Counted from the first letter of the stretch, positions 7,646 through 18,496 are shown. The stretch: DNA of 64,000 bases from an uncultured Chlamydiae bacterium (GCA_963828125.1 CAWHDP010000002.1:96001-160000), one strand, 5' to 3'. Translations and numbers: made by a program. The notes: generated by a model not told the origin, from the sequence alone.

Positions 7646-10144
7646 ATGGAACCATTCGATATCCTCGAAAGAGCCAAAATCAAGGGGTACGATCTTTTAG
7701 AGTATCTCGCCTTCAACCTCCGTTCTTGTTGGACGCACAGCACAGATGAGATCTGGCGCAAACTGGACGGAGAGTTATGGGAGTTGACGAGCAATCCTTG
7801 GGCCGTTTTGCAGGCAGTCTCGATCGATACGCTCAAACAGTATTTGGCTGATCCGGAATTTAGCAGCCGGGTCGAGTTTCTATATAAAAAAAGGAAAGCG
7901 GTTCTCAATATTCCGAGCTGGTTTGAGCAAAATCATGCGGGGGGGCCGCTGAAATGCGCCGCCTACTTCAGCATGGAATTCATGGTGAGCGAGGCGGTTC
8001 CGATCTATTCTGGCGGGCTCGGCAATGTAGCGGGCGATCAATTGAAGGCGGCGAGCGATTTGGCTGTCCCTGTCGTCGGAGTGGGGCTCCTCTATTCGCA
8101 AGGGTATTTTCGTCAATTCATCGATAAAGACGGCAATCAACAGGAGCTTTTTCCCTACAATGATCCAGACCAATTGCCTATCAAGCCGCTCCGTTTGCCG
8201 AACGGGGAGTGGCTCCGGCTAAAAATTGAGTTGCCTGGTTGGCCCCTTCGGATTAGGACGTGGGAGGCGAAAGTGGGGCGGAGAACCCTTTATTTATTGG
8301 ACAGCAACGATATCGCTAATTTCCCTGCCCACAGAGCGATCACGAGCGAGCTTTATGGGGGCGATCGGGAACTGCGTCTCAAACAAGAGCTCATCCTCGG
8401 CGTCGGCGGATGGCGCCTCCTTGAGGCCCTTGGATTGGAGCCCGAAGTGTGTCACATGAATGAGGGTCATGCCGCTTTTGTCGTTTTAGAGCGGGCTCGC
8501 AGCTTGATGAAAAAGGAGAACCTCTCCTTTGAAGAGGCTTTGGTTGTGACTCGGGCGGGCAATCTCTTCACGACCCATACAGCGGTCTCTGCGGGGTTCG
8601 ATGTTTTTCCCCCCGGACTCATTGAGAAATATTTGCGTCCATATACAGAGAAGGAATTAAAAATCTCGTTCGAGCGGCTCCTTTCTCTCGGCCAATTGGA
8701 ACCCTACGGCGATTTTAATATGGCCTATCTAGCGATTCGGGGGAGCGGCTTTGTGAACGGGGTGAGCCGATTGCACGGCGTGGTCAGCAGGCGCCTATTT
8801 AGAGGGCTATTTCCCCGCTTTCCCGAAGAAGAGGTGCCTGTCGGATTTATCACGAACGGAGTCCACGTGCCAACTTGGGCCTCCTTCAGCGCCGAGGCTC
8901 TTTGGACGGAGGCCTGCGGCAACGAGCCGTGGTTTGGGAAAACCGAGGAAATGCATACCAAAATACGTTCTCTTCCCGATCGCCAAATTTGGGAGATGCG
9001 AAACCGGTCGAGAGCGGGTCTGATCGAGTATGCCCGCTCCAGGCTTGTGAGATATTTTGCAGCGAGAGGGGTCGATCCGAATTGGGTCGAAATAGTCAAA
9101 TCCATTTTAAATCCGAATGTCCTTACGCTCGGGTTTGCCCGAAGATTTGCGACCTATAAAAGACCCGATCTGCTTTTGGCAGACGAAGAGCGGCTCTTGA
9201 GGATCTTGAACCATAAGGAGCGGCCTGTACAGCTGATTATCGCCGGCAAAGCCCATCCAGCCGATTCCGGAGGGCACGCCCTGATCCACAAATGGATGCA
9301 GTTTATTTCAAGACCAGAGGCTCGCTCTTCGGTCGTTTTCCTCAGCGATTATGATATGATTTTAACGGCGCATATGGTGCGCGGAGTCGATTTGTGGATC
9401 AATACCCCTCGGCGGCCCTGGGAGGCGAGCGGAACGAGCGGAATGAAAGTGTTGGTCAACGGAGGGCTGAATCTCTCGGAGCTCGACGGCTGGTGGGCTG
9501 AGGCTTATACTCCTGAGGTGGGCTGGGCGATTGGAGATAGGGAGGAGCATGGCGAAGATCCGGGTTGGGATTGGGCTGAGGCAAATGCTTTATATGAGCT
9601 TTTGGAAAAAGAGATCATCCCCGAATTTTATACGAGAGATGAGAGGGGGATCCCCGTAAACTGGACGGTTAAAATCCGCGAGAGCATGGCCCGGCTCACG
9701 CCTTATTTTTCTTCGAACCGCGCTGTGCGCGAATATACAGAAAAATTCTATCTGCCTGCTGCGGAAAATTATGTAAAGCGGGCCAAAAATAACGGGCACA
9801 TGGGTAAAGAGATCCTCAAGTGGCGCCAGAATATCGAAAAGAATTGGGGGCGGCTCCGCTTCGGCTCGGTGAAGGTGGAGGAAAAAAACGGTCAGCGCCA
9901 ATTTGAAGTGGAGGTATATCTTGCCGATCTCGATCCAAAAGCGCTCAAAGTGGATCTCTATTCGGCAGCCTTGACCCAAGAGATGCAATACGAGGGGCGG
10001 ATTTCCGGGAGCCAGGATGGGCACTGGTATCGAGTAGAGGTCCCGCTTGCGGCGCCCCCTTCGGATTTTACGGCCAGGATCGTCCCTCATTTTCCTGGAG
10101 TGGCCGTTCCTCTCGAATCGACTTATATTTTGTGGCAGCGATGA
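7646..10144 (+). CDS. glgP: Alpha-glucan (glycogen) phosphorylase
   Basis: AYFSMEF, YSGGLG, HMNEGH, ARRFATYKR and the PLP-lysine motif EASGTSGMK. Confidence 0.95.
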   Translation: MEPFDILERAKIKGYDLLEYLAFNLRSCWTHSTDEIWRKLDGELWELTSNPWAVLQAVSIDTLKQYLADPEFSSRVEFLYKKRKAVLNIPSWFEQNHAGGPLKCAAYFSMEFMVSEAVPIYSGGLGNVAGDQLKAASDLAVPVVGVGLLYSQGYFRQFIDKDGNQQELFPYNDPDQLPIKPLRLPNGEWLRLKIELPGWPLRIRTWEAKVGRRTLYLLDSNDIANFPAHRAITSELYGGDRELRLKQELILGVGGWRLLEALGLEPEVCHMNEGHAAFVVLERARSLMKKENLSFEEALVVTRAGNLFTTHTAVSAGFDVFPPGLIEKYLRPYTEKELKISFERLLSLGQLEPYGDFNMAYLAIRGSGFVNGVSRLHGVVSRRLFRGLFPRFPEEEVPVGFITNGVHVPTWASFSAEALWTEACGNEPWFGKTEEMHTKIRSLPDRQIWEMRNRSRAGLIEYARSRLVRYFAARGVDPNWVEIVKSILNPNVLTLGFARRFATYKRPDLLLADEERLLRILNHKERPVQLIIAGKAHPADSGGHALIHKWMQFISRPEARSSVVFLSDYDMILTAHMVRGVDLWINTPRRPWEASGTSGMKVLVNGGLNLSELDGWWAEAYTPEVGWAIGDREEHGEDPGWDWAEANALYELLEKEIIPEFYTRDERGIPVNWTVKIRESMARLTPYFSSNRAVREYTEKFYLPAAENYVKRAKNNGHMGKEILKWRQNIEKNWGRLRFGSVKVEEKNGQRQFEVEVYLADLDPKALKVDLYSAALTQEMQYEGRISGSQDGHWYRVEVPLAAPPSDFTARIVPHFPGVAVPLESTYILWQR

Positions 10145-11790
10145 ACATAAGCCCCCTTGCAGGCAAATTGCCGCCTCCCGAGTTGCTGATTGATGCTTCC
10201 AAACTCATTCAAGCTTATTACAAAGGCGTGCCCGATCCTTCTGTCCCTGCGCAGCGGGTCGAATTCGGCACCTCCGGCCACCGCGGCTCTTCTTTGAGCG
10301 CGAGCTTCAACGAGCATCATATTCTCGCAATCACTCAGGCGATCTGTCTGTATCGGAACCAATACCACATCGACGGACCCCTCTTCTTAGGGATGGACAC
10401 CCATGCCCTCTCTATGCCAGCCTTTAAGACGGCTCTTGAAGTGCTTGCCGCGAACGGAGTCGCCGTGATGGTCTCTGAGGGAGACGAATATACGCCGACT
10501 CCCGTTATTTCGCATGCGATCCTCGTCTATAACCGAGGTCGAAAGACCGGGTGTGCCGACGGCATTGTGGTCACCCCTTCTCACAATCCTCCAGATCAGG
10601 GGGGCTTTAAGTACAATTCTTCAAATGGAGGCCCCGCGGATCCATCGGCCACCGATTGGATTCAGGAGAGAGCCAATGAATTATTGGAAAGGGGACTCTC
10701 TGGCGTCAAGAGGATTGGGTCGGCAGGAACGGTCCGGAAGTATGATTACCGCAAAGCCTATATCAGAGATCTTGGCTCTGTCATCGATATGGAGACGATC
10801 CGGAAATCGGGGATTCGCATTGGAGTCGATCCGCTCGGCGGCGCTGGTCTCCATTATTGGGAGCCAATTGCCGATCTCTACGGGATCGATCTGACTGTCG
10901 TCAATCAAACCATCGACCCCACTTTTCGCTTTATGAGCGTCGATTGGGATGGGAAGATCCGGATGGATCCCTCTTCTTCCTATGCGATGGCTGGACTCAT
11001 CGGTTTGAAGGATCGCTTCGATATTGCCTTTGCCTGCGACACAGATCACGATAGGCACGGGATCGTCGCTAAGAGCTGCGGACTCATGCCGGCGAATCAT
11101 TACCTCTCGGCTGCCATTCTCTATCTGTTTCAAAATCGCCCCCACTGGTCGAAACGGGCCGCTGTGGGGAAAACTCTCGTCAGTAGCGGAATGATCGATC
11201 GAGTGGCAGATAAACTAGGCCGCAAGCTCTATGAGGTTCCTGTCGGCTTCAAGTGGTTTGTCCAGGGGCTCTTGGACGGCTCTCTCAGCTTTGCAGGGGA
11301 GGAGAGCGCAGGGGGCTCGTTTTCCCGCATGGACGGAACCGTCTGGACGACAGACAAAGATGGGATCATTCTCGCCCTCCTCTCGGCCGAGATGAGAGCA
11401 GCGCTCGGAAGAGATCCCGGAGAGCTCTATCAAGATTTAACGGCTGAATTTGGAACTTCAGCCTATGCCCTCATTGAGGCCCCTGCGACCGCGGCTCAGA
11501 AGAAAATTTTGAAAAACTTGAGTCCAGACAAAATCCGATCCAAAAAACTCGGAGGAGAGGAGATCCTATCTATCCTGACCCAAGCGCCAGGCAACAACGC
11601 TCCCATCGGCGGACTCAAAGTGATCACTGCCAATGGGTGGTTTGCCGCCCGCCCCTCAGGGACGGAGAGCCTCTACAAAATATACGGGGAAAGCTTTCTC
11701 GGAAAAGAGCATTTGAACCAGATTCTCAAAGAGGCTCAAACGATCGTTTCCGAAACTCTTCTTTCAGCGGTCCCCTCCGATTTCCCTTAA
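10141..11790 (+). CDS. pgm: Phosphoglucomutase (E. coli Pgm type)
   Basis: FGTSGHRG, TPSHNP (phosphoserine), DTDHDRH, GEESAG and ARPSGTE. ATGA overlap with glgP. Confidence 0.95.
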   Translation: MNISPLAGKLPPPELLIDASKLIQAYYKGVPDPSVPAQRVEFGTSGHRGSSLSASFNEHHILAITQAICLYRNQYHIDGPLFLGMDTHALSMPAFKTALEVLAANGVAVMVSEGDEYTPTPVISHAILVYNRGRKTGCADGIVVTPSHNPPDQGGFKYNSSNGGPADPSATDWIQERANELLERGLSGVKRIGSAGTVRKYDYRKAYIRDLGSVIDMETIRKSGIRIGVDPLGGAGLHYWEPIADLYGIDLTVVNQTIDPTFRFMSVDWDGKIRMDPSSSYAMAGLIGLKDRFDIAFACDTDHDRHGIVAKSCGLMPANHYLSAAILYLFQNRPHWSKRAAVGKTLVSSGMIDRVADKLGRKLYEVPVGFKWFVQGLLDGSLSFAGEESAGGSFSRMDGTVWTTDKDGIILALLSAEMRAALGRDPGELYQDLTAEFGTSAYALIEAPATAAQKKILKNLSPDKIRSKKLGGEEILSILTQAPGNNAPIGGLKVITANGWFAARPSGTESLYKIYGESFLGKEHLNQILKEAQTIVSETLLSAVPSDFP

Positions 11791-11872
11791 GCTGGACATT
11801 GGCCATTTATCGGCGCTGCGCGCCCTGGATCTTTGCCCCGCAGCGCCGATAAATGGCCAATTTCCAGCTTAA
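11787..11872. repeat. Palindromic family B, full copy (34-bp arms, 1 mismatch, 18-nt loop, TTAA ends)
   Basis: TTAAGCTGGACATTGGCCATTTATCGGCGCTGCG...CGCAGCGCCGATAAATGGCCAATTTCCAGCTTAA. Includes the pgm stop codon. Confidence 0.85.
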
Positions 11873-11934
11873 TGGGTTGTTAAATAATAAATTCTTTAAA
11901 ATTCAATGTAAGTGATTTTTTTGTAAATTTATGT

Positions 11935-11962
11935 TTGATTTTATTATAGTTTTTGTTAAAAT
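11935..11962 (+). promoter_or_regulatory. Putative sigma66/70 promoter of the orphan gene
   Basis: TTGATT-16 nt-TAAAAT with a TGn extended -10, in an AT-rich spacer. Confidence 0.4.
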
Positions 11963-11994
11963 ATAGTGATAAGGAATAAAATTAACGGTATGCC

Positions 11995-12756
11995 ATGAAT
12001 TCAATAAAATATATGGGCGCTGCAGGCGCAACGGCTTTAGTGTCTGCTGGAGCCTATTTTGGGTATCAAGCTACGCAATCATATAGCGCATTGCTGGACA
12101 CCTCGCTCAAATGTTCGGATATGATGGGCGAATATCTAGGGATTTTTATAGGTCTGTGGAAGGAAGCCAATAGTTTTTCATTTGACAAAATCACACAATT
12201 GCCTCAACATGCCGCATCACAACTTAGGATAGGAAAACTGGTAACCGAGATGGGAATAGAGTATGGGGGCGAGCGGGCTGTGCGTGTCGCGGTGGAGGCG
12301 TTTCAAGCGGGTACAACTCTCCAGACAAATGAATTAAATGAATTGCCTTTTGTATTTTGTGACAATGGAGGGGGTTGGCAACCTATTCTGCGTGCGGCTT
12401 GCTCCGCTGCTATTTGTTTTAGTCTTGCTGCATACGTATGTTACAAGTTAACGAGCCGTAAACAAAACCCGCTCAAACAAAAGATTGAACAAGATAAAAA
12501 AGAGGCAGCAAAAGCGACGAGTGCGAAGGAGCAGATGACTACGAAATCTCCGACGCCAAAAGCCGTGGTTGTTCAGCCTGTGCGATCAACTACAGAAGAG
12601 GGTCCAAAAGAGGATGCGCTGCGGGTGACAAATGAGCCTGCTTCTACGAATATAGAAAATTCAGATGCAGAGAGAGTGCGCCGCGAACAAGAACAACGGG
12701 CAAGCTGGGTTGCCAACAAAAGCCAGAGATACCGGTCTAAACTCACAAATAAGTAG
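11995..12756 (+). CDS. Hypothetical membrane protein, effector-like orphan
   Basis: AT-richer ORF with two hydrophobic segments and a charged low-complexity C-terminus. Confidence 0.7.
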   Translation: MNSIKYMGAAGATALVSAGAYFGYQATQSYSALLDTSLKCSDMMGEYLGIFIGLWKEANSFSFDKITQLPQHAASQLRIGKLVTEMGIEYGGERAVRVAVEAFQAGTTLQTNELNELPFVFCDNGGGWQPILRAACSAAICFSLAAYVCYKLTSRKQNPLKQKIEQDKKEAAKATSAKEQMTTKSPTPKAVVVQPVRSTTEEGPKEDALRVTNEPASTNIENSDAERVRREQEQRASWVANKSQRYRSKLTNK

Positions 12757-14938
12757 AAATCGGATCCACATCCACCTTAGCGCCGGGGAGATCGTTCAGA
12801 TGCTCCCCCATTTGACTCATCTTAAAGACTTTGATCAGGAATTGAAAGCGGTATAGATCCTTCACTTTCGCATGCCCGGATGGCATGACGGGGAGGATTT
12901 CGACGGGAGGCGGCAGGAGCTTTTTTAGTTTTTTGCGGGCCTCTTCGGCCAGGCCTCTGGCGATTTCTGGATCTTTGTCGGAGAAGAGGAGTTTCACTAG
13001 GTGGCAAAACGGAGGGTAGGAGAAGCTTTGCCTCTCGGCGATCTCTGTGGCGTAGAACGAGGGGTAGTCTTGGGCGGCGGCGAGGCGTAGCGTTGGATGG
13101 TCGGGCAAAAAGGTCTGGATGATCACCTCGCCAGCCAGTTCGGCTCTCCCTGCCCTCCCTGCGACTTGGGTCAGGAGCTGAAAGACCTGTTCAGAGGAGC
13201 GGAAATCGGGAATGCCCAGGCTTGCGTCGGCATTGAGCACGCCGACGAGCGTTACTGAGGGGAAGTGGAACCCTTTGGCGATCATCTGCGTGCCGATGAG
13301 GACGTCGGCTTTGTGGGCGCGGAACTGCTTAAACATCTCTTCGTGGCTGTTTTTTTTGCCGGTGGTGTCCCGATCCATCCGGAGGGTTCGGACTTCGGGC
13401 AAAATCGCGTGGAGGGTCCGTTCGACGTGTTCAGTTCCAAAGCCGCGAAACTGGAGCGATTCGGGGTGTTCGCATTGAGGACATCTGCGCGGGGCTTGCT
13501 GTTTGTAATCGCAGAGATGGCATTGCAGGTAGTTCGCTTCTTTGTGGAAGGTGAGCGAGAGATCGCAGTGGGGACATTTAATGACGTGCCGACAGCTGCT
13601 GCACACTTGCATCCGGTGGTAGCCCCGCCGGTTGAGGAGGAGAAGGGATTGCTCGCCGTTTTGGAGCCGCTTTTTTAAGGCGTCGAGCAGTTCATCGCAA
13701 AAATGGGTAAAGCCGCCGGAGAGCTCAAAGGCCCGTTTCATGTCGATGATCTTGACAGAGGGAAGGGGGGCTGAGGTGGCCCTCGTCTTAAGGGCGTGGA
13801 ATTGGTATTTGCCGATCTCGGCGTTGTAGCGCGATTCAATGGAGGGGGTGGCGCTCCCGAGGATGACGACGCAGTTTTCAAAGTAGCCCCGCATCACTGC
13901 AGTGTCCCTCCCATGATAGCAGGGGATCTCATCGCCTTGCTTATAGGAGCTATCGTGCTCTTCGTCGACGATGATGAGGCCGAGGTTCTGGGCAGGACAG
14001 AAGAGGGCCGATCTAGCGCCAATGACGAGTTTGGCTTCCCCTCTCCGAAGCTCTTCCCAGGCGGTGGTCCGCTCGCCAAGGCTCCGCCGATGGTGTAGAA
14101 TGGCGATTTTCTCCGAAAAACGGGCTTTAAATCGTTCAATGGTCTGCGAGGTGAGGGAGATCTCGGGAACAAGCATGATCGCTGTTTTATTTCGCTCTAA
14201 GGCGGCCTGAATCGCTTGCATATACACTTCGGTCTTGCCGCTGCCGGTGACTCCATGCACCAAATGGGTGGCAAAACGGCCTTGGCTCTCTGAGGCCAAT
14301 ATCGCCTCCAGACACGCTTGCTGCTCTCCATTCAAGACTTTGGCAAATGTCGGAAAAAATTCCTCTTCGAGCCATAAATCTGCATTGACCCTCATGGCCC
14401 GCGCTTCGATCCACTTCTTTTTGACTAAGCTTTTGACGGCGCTCTCTGATACGTCCAGGTCGGCTAAATAGGCTCCCTTGGGCACATGAAGGAGTTTTTC
14501 CAGCGCCTCTGCTTGCGCCGGATGCTTCGATCTGAGCTGTCCGATCGCCTCGATGCAGGCGTTGTGGCTTTGGGCCAAACTCAAAAAAATCTGCGTCTTT
14601 TCTTTCACCTCTTTCCGAACATTGACCGGAATGAAGCACTTCAGAACTCTCTGCAGCGGCGCAGCATAATACTTCGCCATCCAATGGGCAAGCTTCCATT
14701 GGGCCTCCGACAATTCTCCCCCTTCGGAAAGGAGCCTGGCTATGGGTTTGACGTTGGGCCATTTACTGCTATCTTTGATTTTTGTGATCGTCCCTTTTTT
14801 CAGCGCCGATTTCAGCGGCACTTCAACTCGCATCCCCACCTCAACCCGAAAGGGGGCGGGCGCTATGTAATCGAGCGGCCTCGCTAAATTTTGATCGAGG
14901 AGAACCTCTACGAAAATTTCTGACACAAAGCCCTCCAC
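12743..14938 (-). CDS. priA: Primosomal protein N' (replication restart helicase)
   Basis: GVTGSGKTEVY, DEEH, Cys-rich zinc region and GTQMIAKG. Confidence 0.97.
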   Translation of the reverse strand: MEGFVSEIFVEVLLDQNLARPLDYIAPAPFRVEVGMRVEVPLKSALKKGTITKIKDSSKWPNVKPIARLLSEGGELSEAQWKLAHWMAKYYAAPLQRVLKCFIPVNVRKEVKEKTQIFLSLAQSHNACIEAIGQLRSKHPAQAEALEKLLHVPKGAYLADLDVSESAVKSLVKKKWIEARAMRVNADLWLEEEFFPTFAKVLNGEQQACLEAILASESQGRFATHLVHGVTGSGKTEVYMQAIQAALERNKTAIMLVPEISLTSQTIERFKARFSEKIAILHHRRSLGERTTAWEELRRGEAKLVIGARSALFCPAQNLGLIIVDEEHDSSYKQGDEIPCYHGRDTAVMRGYFENCVVILGSATPSIESRYNAEIGKYQFHALKTRATSAPLPSVKIIDMKRAFELSGGFTHFCDELLDALKKRLQNGEQSLLLLNRRGYHRMQVCSSCRHVIKCPHCDLSLTFHKEANYLQCHLCDYKQQAPRRCPQCEHPESLQFRGFGTEHVERTLHAILPEVRTLRMDRDTTGKKNSHEEMFKQFRAHKADVLIGTQMIAKGFHFPSVTLVGVLNADASLGIPDFRSSEQVFQLLTQVAGRAGRAELAGEVIIQTFLPDHPTLRLAAAQDYPSFYATEIAERQSFSYPPFCHLVKLLFSDKDPEIARGLAEEARKKLKKLLPPPVEILPVMPSGHAKVKDLYRFQFLIKVFKMSQMGEHLNDLPGAKVDVDPISTYL

Positions 14939-15636
14939 AAAGAGCGCTTGAGCGAGGGATCTTTCAAATAGAGCGATAGGTCGGGGAGCAAAAAGATTGG
15001 AACATTCCCCAGTACACGGATCCCTTGAGCGGGGGTCTCTTTATAAAATTGCATGAGAGCGCCCAATTGCCAAAGTGTATAGTCGCAAACCACAACCGCC
15101 TTCAAGCCGGCGACCGACAAAAAGGCGCCCCACTGCTTCTCTTTTTCGATCCCTTCGGCTTGGACGATTTTGGCGGGGCCGAAATAGACGTCCAAAGCCG
15201 TGGCGATCTCCTCTAAAAAAGCCCTTTGTTCCGGTTGTTCTTGGTAGACGAGAATGGAAATCGGCGCGCTCTGATTTTTGGTTTTCCATCGCTCCGCGAT
15301 TTTCCGAGCTGTTTCGTCGCTCGGCGTCTCGTTCAAAATCATCAGTTCCGGAGCCACTACAGAAAGAATATTTTTCACCGACAATAAATCAAACGACGGT
15401 CTCGGCTCCTTCACGGCCTCTTTCGCCGCTACAATTTCTTTAAGGGGCGGCGGCTCTGCCACTTTCGGCGGAACTGGGATTTCGATCTTCGTCTCTACCT
15501 TGAGCTTCTGTGGTTTATATTTGGCTTTTCTAAAGAATTCCGCATCTTCGGAACTGGCCATGACAGGGCCGTACTCTCTTAGAAGCTCAACGATTAAGTC
15601 TACTGTCTCATCTCGGGGCGGCATGGCGTTTCCCAT
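14908..15636 (-). CDS. Conserved chlamydial hypothetical protein (CT779-like position)
   Basis: Overlaps the priA start. C-terminal LPDLSLYLKDPSLKRSLW. Confidence 0.7.
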   Translation of the reverse strand: MGNAMPPRDETVDLIVELLREYGPVMASSEDAEFFRKAKYKPQKLKVETKIEIPVPPKVAEPPPLKEIVAAKEAVKEPRPSFDLLSVKNILSVVAPELMILNETPSDETARKIAERWKTKNQSAPISILVYQEQPEQRAFLEEIATALDVYFGPAKIVQAEGIEKEKQWGAFLSVAGLKAVVVCDYTLWQLGALMQFYKETPAQGIRVLGNVPIFLLPDLSLYLKDPSLKRSLWRALCQKFS

Positions 15637-16349
15637 TGGATGGCGTCGACGAGCGGCTCCACAGAGGTGAGGAATGTGGTGAAGCCTCTTCGCGTATACC
15701 CCTCGTGAATGGCGGCGCGGAGCTGATCGTGGCCGGCGGGGAAAAAACTCTGCAAAAGCTCCTCGATCTTCCTTTCTCCGAGGTGCCTGTTGAAATGGTC
15801 TTTATTCTCAATGAGATAAATAAGGAAATTTTCATCTGAGCGGGCCTCCTTGAGGAAGGGGGAGAGGGCTGTGAAAAAACGGCAGAGTTTATCAAAAAGA
15901 TCAGAATAGAGCCCCATCAGTTGTTCGAGCATTTCTTCAAGAGGGTACCGATTCGGCACTTTTTTCCACACCATGATTTTTGATTTCATGACAAGAATCG
16001 ATTTTCTCATCTCCTCCATCACTACGGTCACTTCGGGATCGGTGACATGAGACGCTTGTAGCAAGATTTCTGAATAAAAGCACAGTTTATCGAGGACGCT
16101 CCCTCTTTGGGCGAAGGGGTTTTCTAAAGAAAAAAGGTAGATTTTTTCCAATTCCTTGGAAATGGAGGCGATCTCCTTTTTTAGATGCATCCCTATTAAT
16201 TGGAACGGAGTAGATCCCTTCAGCTCTTGCACAAGATCGAACGCATCGATGAGAGCCTGCAAAATAAATTGGATGCTCAGAGATCTCGCTACAGGCGCCT
16301 CCAAGTTCGGGGGAAAGACAGACCATGGGTTGAGACTGCGCATAAACAC
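15600..16349 (-). CDS. Hypothetical protein
   Basis: 249-aa helical ORF, co-oriented with and overlapping the downstream gene. Confidence 0.7.
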   Translation of the reverse strand: MFMRSLNPWSVFPPNLEAPVARSLSIQFILQALIDAFDLVQELKGSTPFQLIGMHLKKEIASISKELEKIYLFSLENPFAQRGSVLDKLCFYSEILLQASHVTDPEVTVVMEEMRKSILVMKSKIMVWKKVPNRYPLEEMLEQLMGLYSDLFDKLCRFFTALSPFLKEARSDENFLIYLIENKDHFNRHLGERKIEELLQSFFPAGHDQLRAAIHEGYTRRGFTTFLTSVEPLVDAIQWETPCRPEMRQ

Positions 16350-16461
16350 CGGAGTGACAAGACCAGACAGACTAGCACATCTTGGTTATTGAGAAAAGAA
16401 AATTGAATCTTTCCTTCTCCCCGTGCTATAACAGGGTTGAAAGCATGGAAGAATGGGGCTT

Positions 16462-17630
16462 ATGAACCTCCACGAGTATCAAGCGAAAAAAATTTTAAAA
16501 AAATATGGGATCGCGATTCCAGAATTCGGTGTCGCGGCCACTGTTGAAGAGGCGCGGCGCGTAGCCGATGAACACCATTGGAACGAGGCGGTGCTGAAAA
16601 TCCAGGTTCATGCCGGAGGCAGGGGAAAGGCGGGCGGAGTGAAATTCGCGAAGTCCAAAGAGGAGATTGTCCGGTGCGCTCAAGAGCTCATTGGGATGAA
16701 AATGGTCAACGGGCAGACTGGCCCGGAGGGGGTTGTTGCTGAACGGGTGCTCCTCTCCAACCGATCGAGATCGAGAAGGAGTTTTATATCGGCGCCTTGA
16801 TTGATCGGGATCGGGCAGTTCCCCTTCTCATCGCCTCGCCCGAAGGGGGGATGGAGATTGAGGAGATCGCCCAGAAGTCGCCCGAAAAGATTTTAAAGAT
16901 GCCGTTTGCCTTCAATGGCCATTTGCGCCCCTACCAGATTCTCCGCTTGGCGAAATTCATGGGCTGGAGCGGGGATTTGGCCCGCAAGGGGGCCGTACTT
17001 GCGCAGGGGATCGCCAAGTGTTTCATCGACTCCGATGCATCGCTTTTGGAGATCAACCCCCTCGTCCTTGCGAAAGGGGGCGATCTGTTAGCTCTCGATG
17101 CAAAGCTTAGCGTCGACGACAACGCTCTCTTTCGCCAATCGGAGATCTTCTCTTTTTATGATCCGACTCAAGCATCGCCGCAAGAGGCTGCGGCTAAAGA
17201 GTTTGAGCTTGCTTATATCGCGATGCACGGGAATATTGGCTGTATGGTCAACGGAGCCGGGCTTGCCATGGCGACGATGGATATCATTCGCCTTCACGGC
17301 GGCGCACCTGCCAATTTTCTTGACGTCGGAGGCGGCGCCTCGAAAGAAAAAGTGGCCGAGGGGTTTCGGATTATCCTCGGCGATCCGAATGTGAGGGCCG
17401 TTTTAGTCAATATTTTTGGAGGCATCATGAATTGCGCAACGCTCGCGGAGGGGGTCATTCACGCTTGTCAAGAGCAGCGGATTAAAATTCCGATTGTGAT
17501 CCGGATGGAAGGGACGAATGTTGAGGAGGGGAAGCGGCTGTTTAAAGAGAGTCGTCTGAAAATCATGATAGCGACAAATTTATTGCAGGCGGCGGAACTC
17601 ACAGTCCGAGCTGCGAAGGGGTCAGTATGA
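16462..17630 (+). CDS. sucC: Succinyl-CoA synthetase beta subunit, split by one missing base near 16759-16760
   Basis: [25 protein letters not shown], then in the second frame [16 protein letters not shown] and NFLDVGGGA. The frames join as TCC AA(n) CCG ATC GAG. Confidence 0.93.
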
Positions 17631-18496
17631 TTTTAGTGAATAAAAAAACCAGGGTGATCGTCCAGGGGATCACCGGCCAGTCGGGGAAATTTCACGCTGA
17701 GCAGTGCAAAGAGTATGGGACTCAGATTGTCGGCGGCGTAACGCCGGGCAAAGGGGGAATCGAGGTGTTGGGCGTCCCTGTTTTTGACACTGTTTGGGAG
17801 GCGAAAACAGCCGTTCATCCCGACGCGACGCTTATTTTTGTCCCCGCCCCTTTTGCAGCTGATGCGATCCTTGAAGCCGAAGATGCGGGGATCCCTCTCA
17901 TCGTCTGCATCACAGAGGGGATTCCTGTGCGCGATATGCTTGAGGTGAAGCGGGTCATGAACAGTTCTCAGTCAAAGCTCATCGGCCCCAACTGTCCGGG
18001 GATCATCACTCCTGGCGAATGCAAAATCGGGATTATGCCCGGATATATTCATAAACGGGGGAACGTCGGAATCGTATCTCGTTCAGGTACGCTTACCTAC
18101 GAAGCTGTTTGGCAAACTACTCAGCTAGGCATGGGTCAATCGAGCTGTGTCGGGATCGGCGGCGATCCGCTGAACGGGACGAATTTCATTGATATCCTGA
18201 AACTTTTTCAAGCCGATCCAGAGACTCAGGCGGTACTTTTGATCGGCGAAATTGGCGGAGACGCCGAAGAGCAAGCAGCCGAATGGGTGAAAGCCCACTT
18301 CACAAAGCCGCTCGCCGTTTTCATCGCCGGCGCCACCGCCCCGCCCGGCAAACGGATGGGCCATGCAGGCGCTATTATTTCGGGGGGCAAGGGGACAGCC
18401 GCCGATAAATTTGCCGCTTTTGAAAAAGTGGGAGCCACCATTACAAAAAGTCCCGCTGAAATGGGACATGCCGTCCAAAGGGCGATGAAGAGATGA
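17627..18496 (+). CDS. sucD: Succinyl-CoA synthetase alpha subunit
   Basis: [20 protein letters not shown] and RMGHAGA phospho-His motif. Confidence 0.97.
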   Translation: MILVNKKTRVIVQGITGQSGKFHAEQCKEYGTQIVGGVTPGKGGIEVLGVPVFDTVWEAKTAVHPDATLIFVPAPFAADAILEAEDAGIPLIVCITEGIPVRDMLEVKRVMNSSQSKLIGPNCPGIITPGECKIGIMPGYIHKRGNVGIVSRSGTLTYEAVWQTTQLGMGQSSCVGIGGDPLNGTNFIDILKLFQADPETQAVLLIGEIGGDAEEQAAEWVKAHFTKPLAVFIAGATAPPGKRMGHAGAIISGGKGTAADKFAAFEKVGATITKSPAEMGHAVQRAMKR

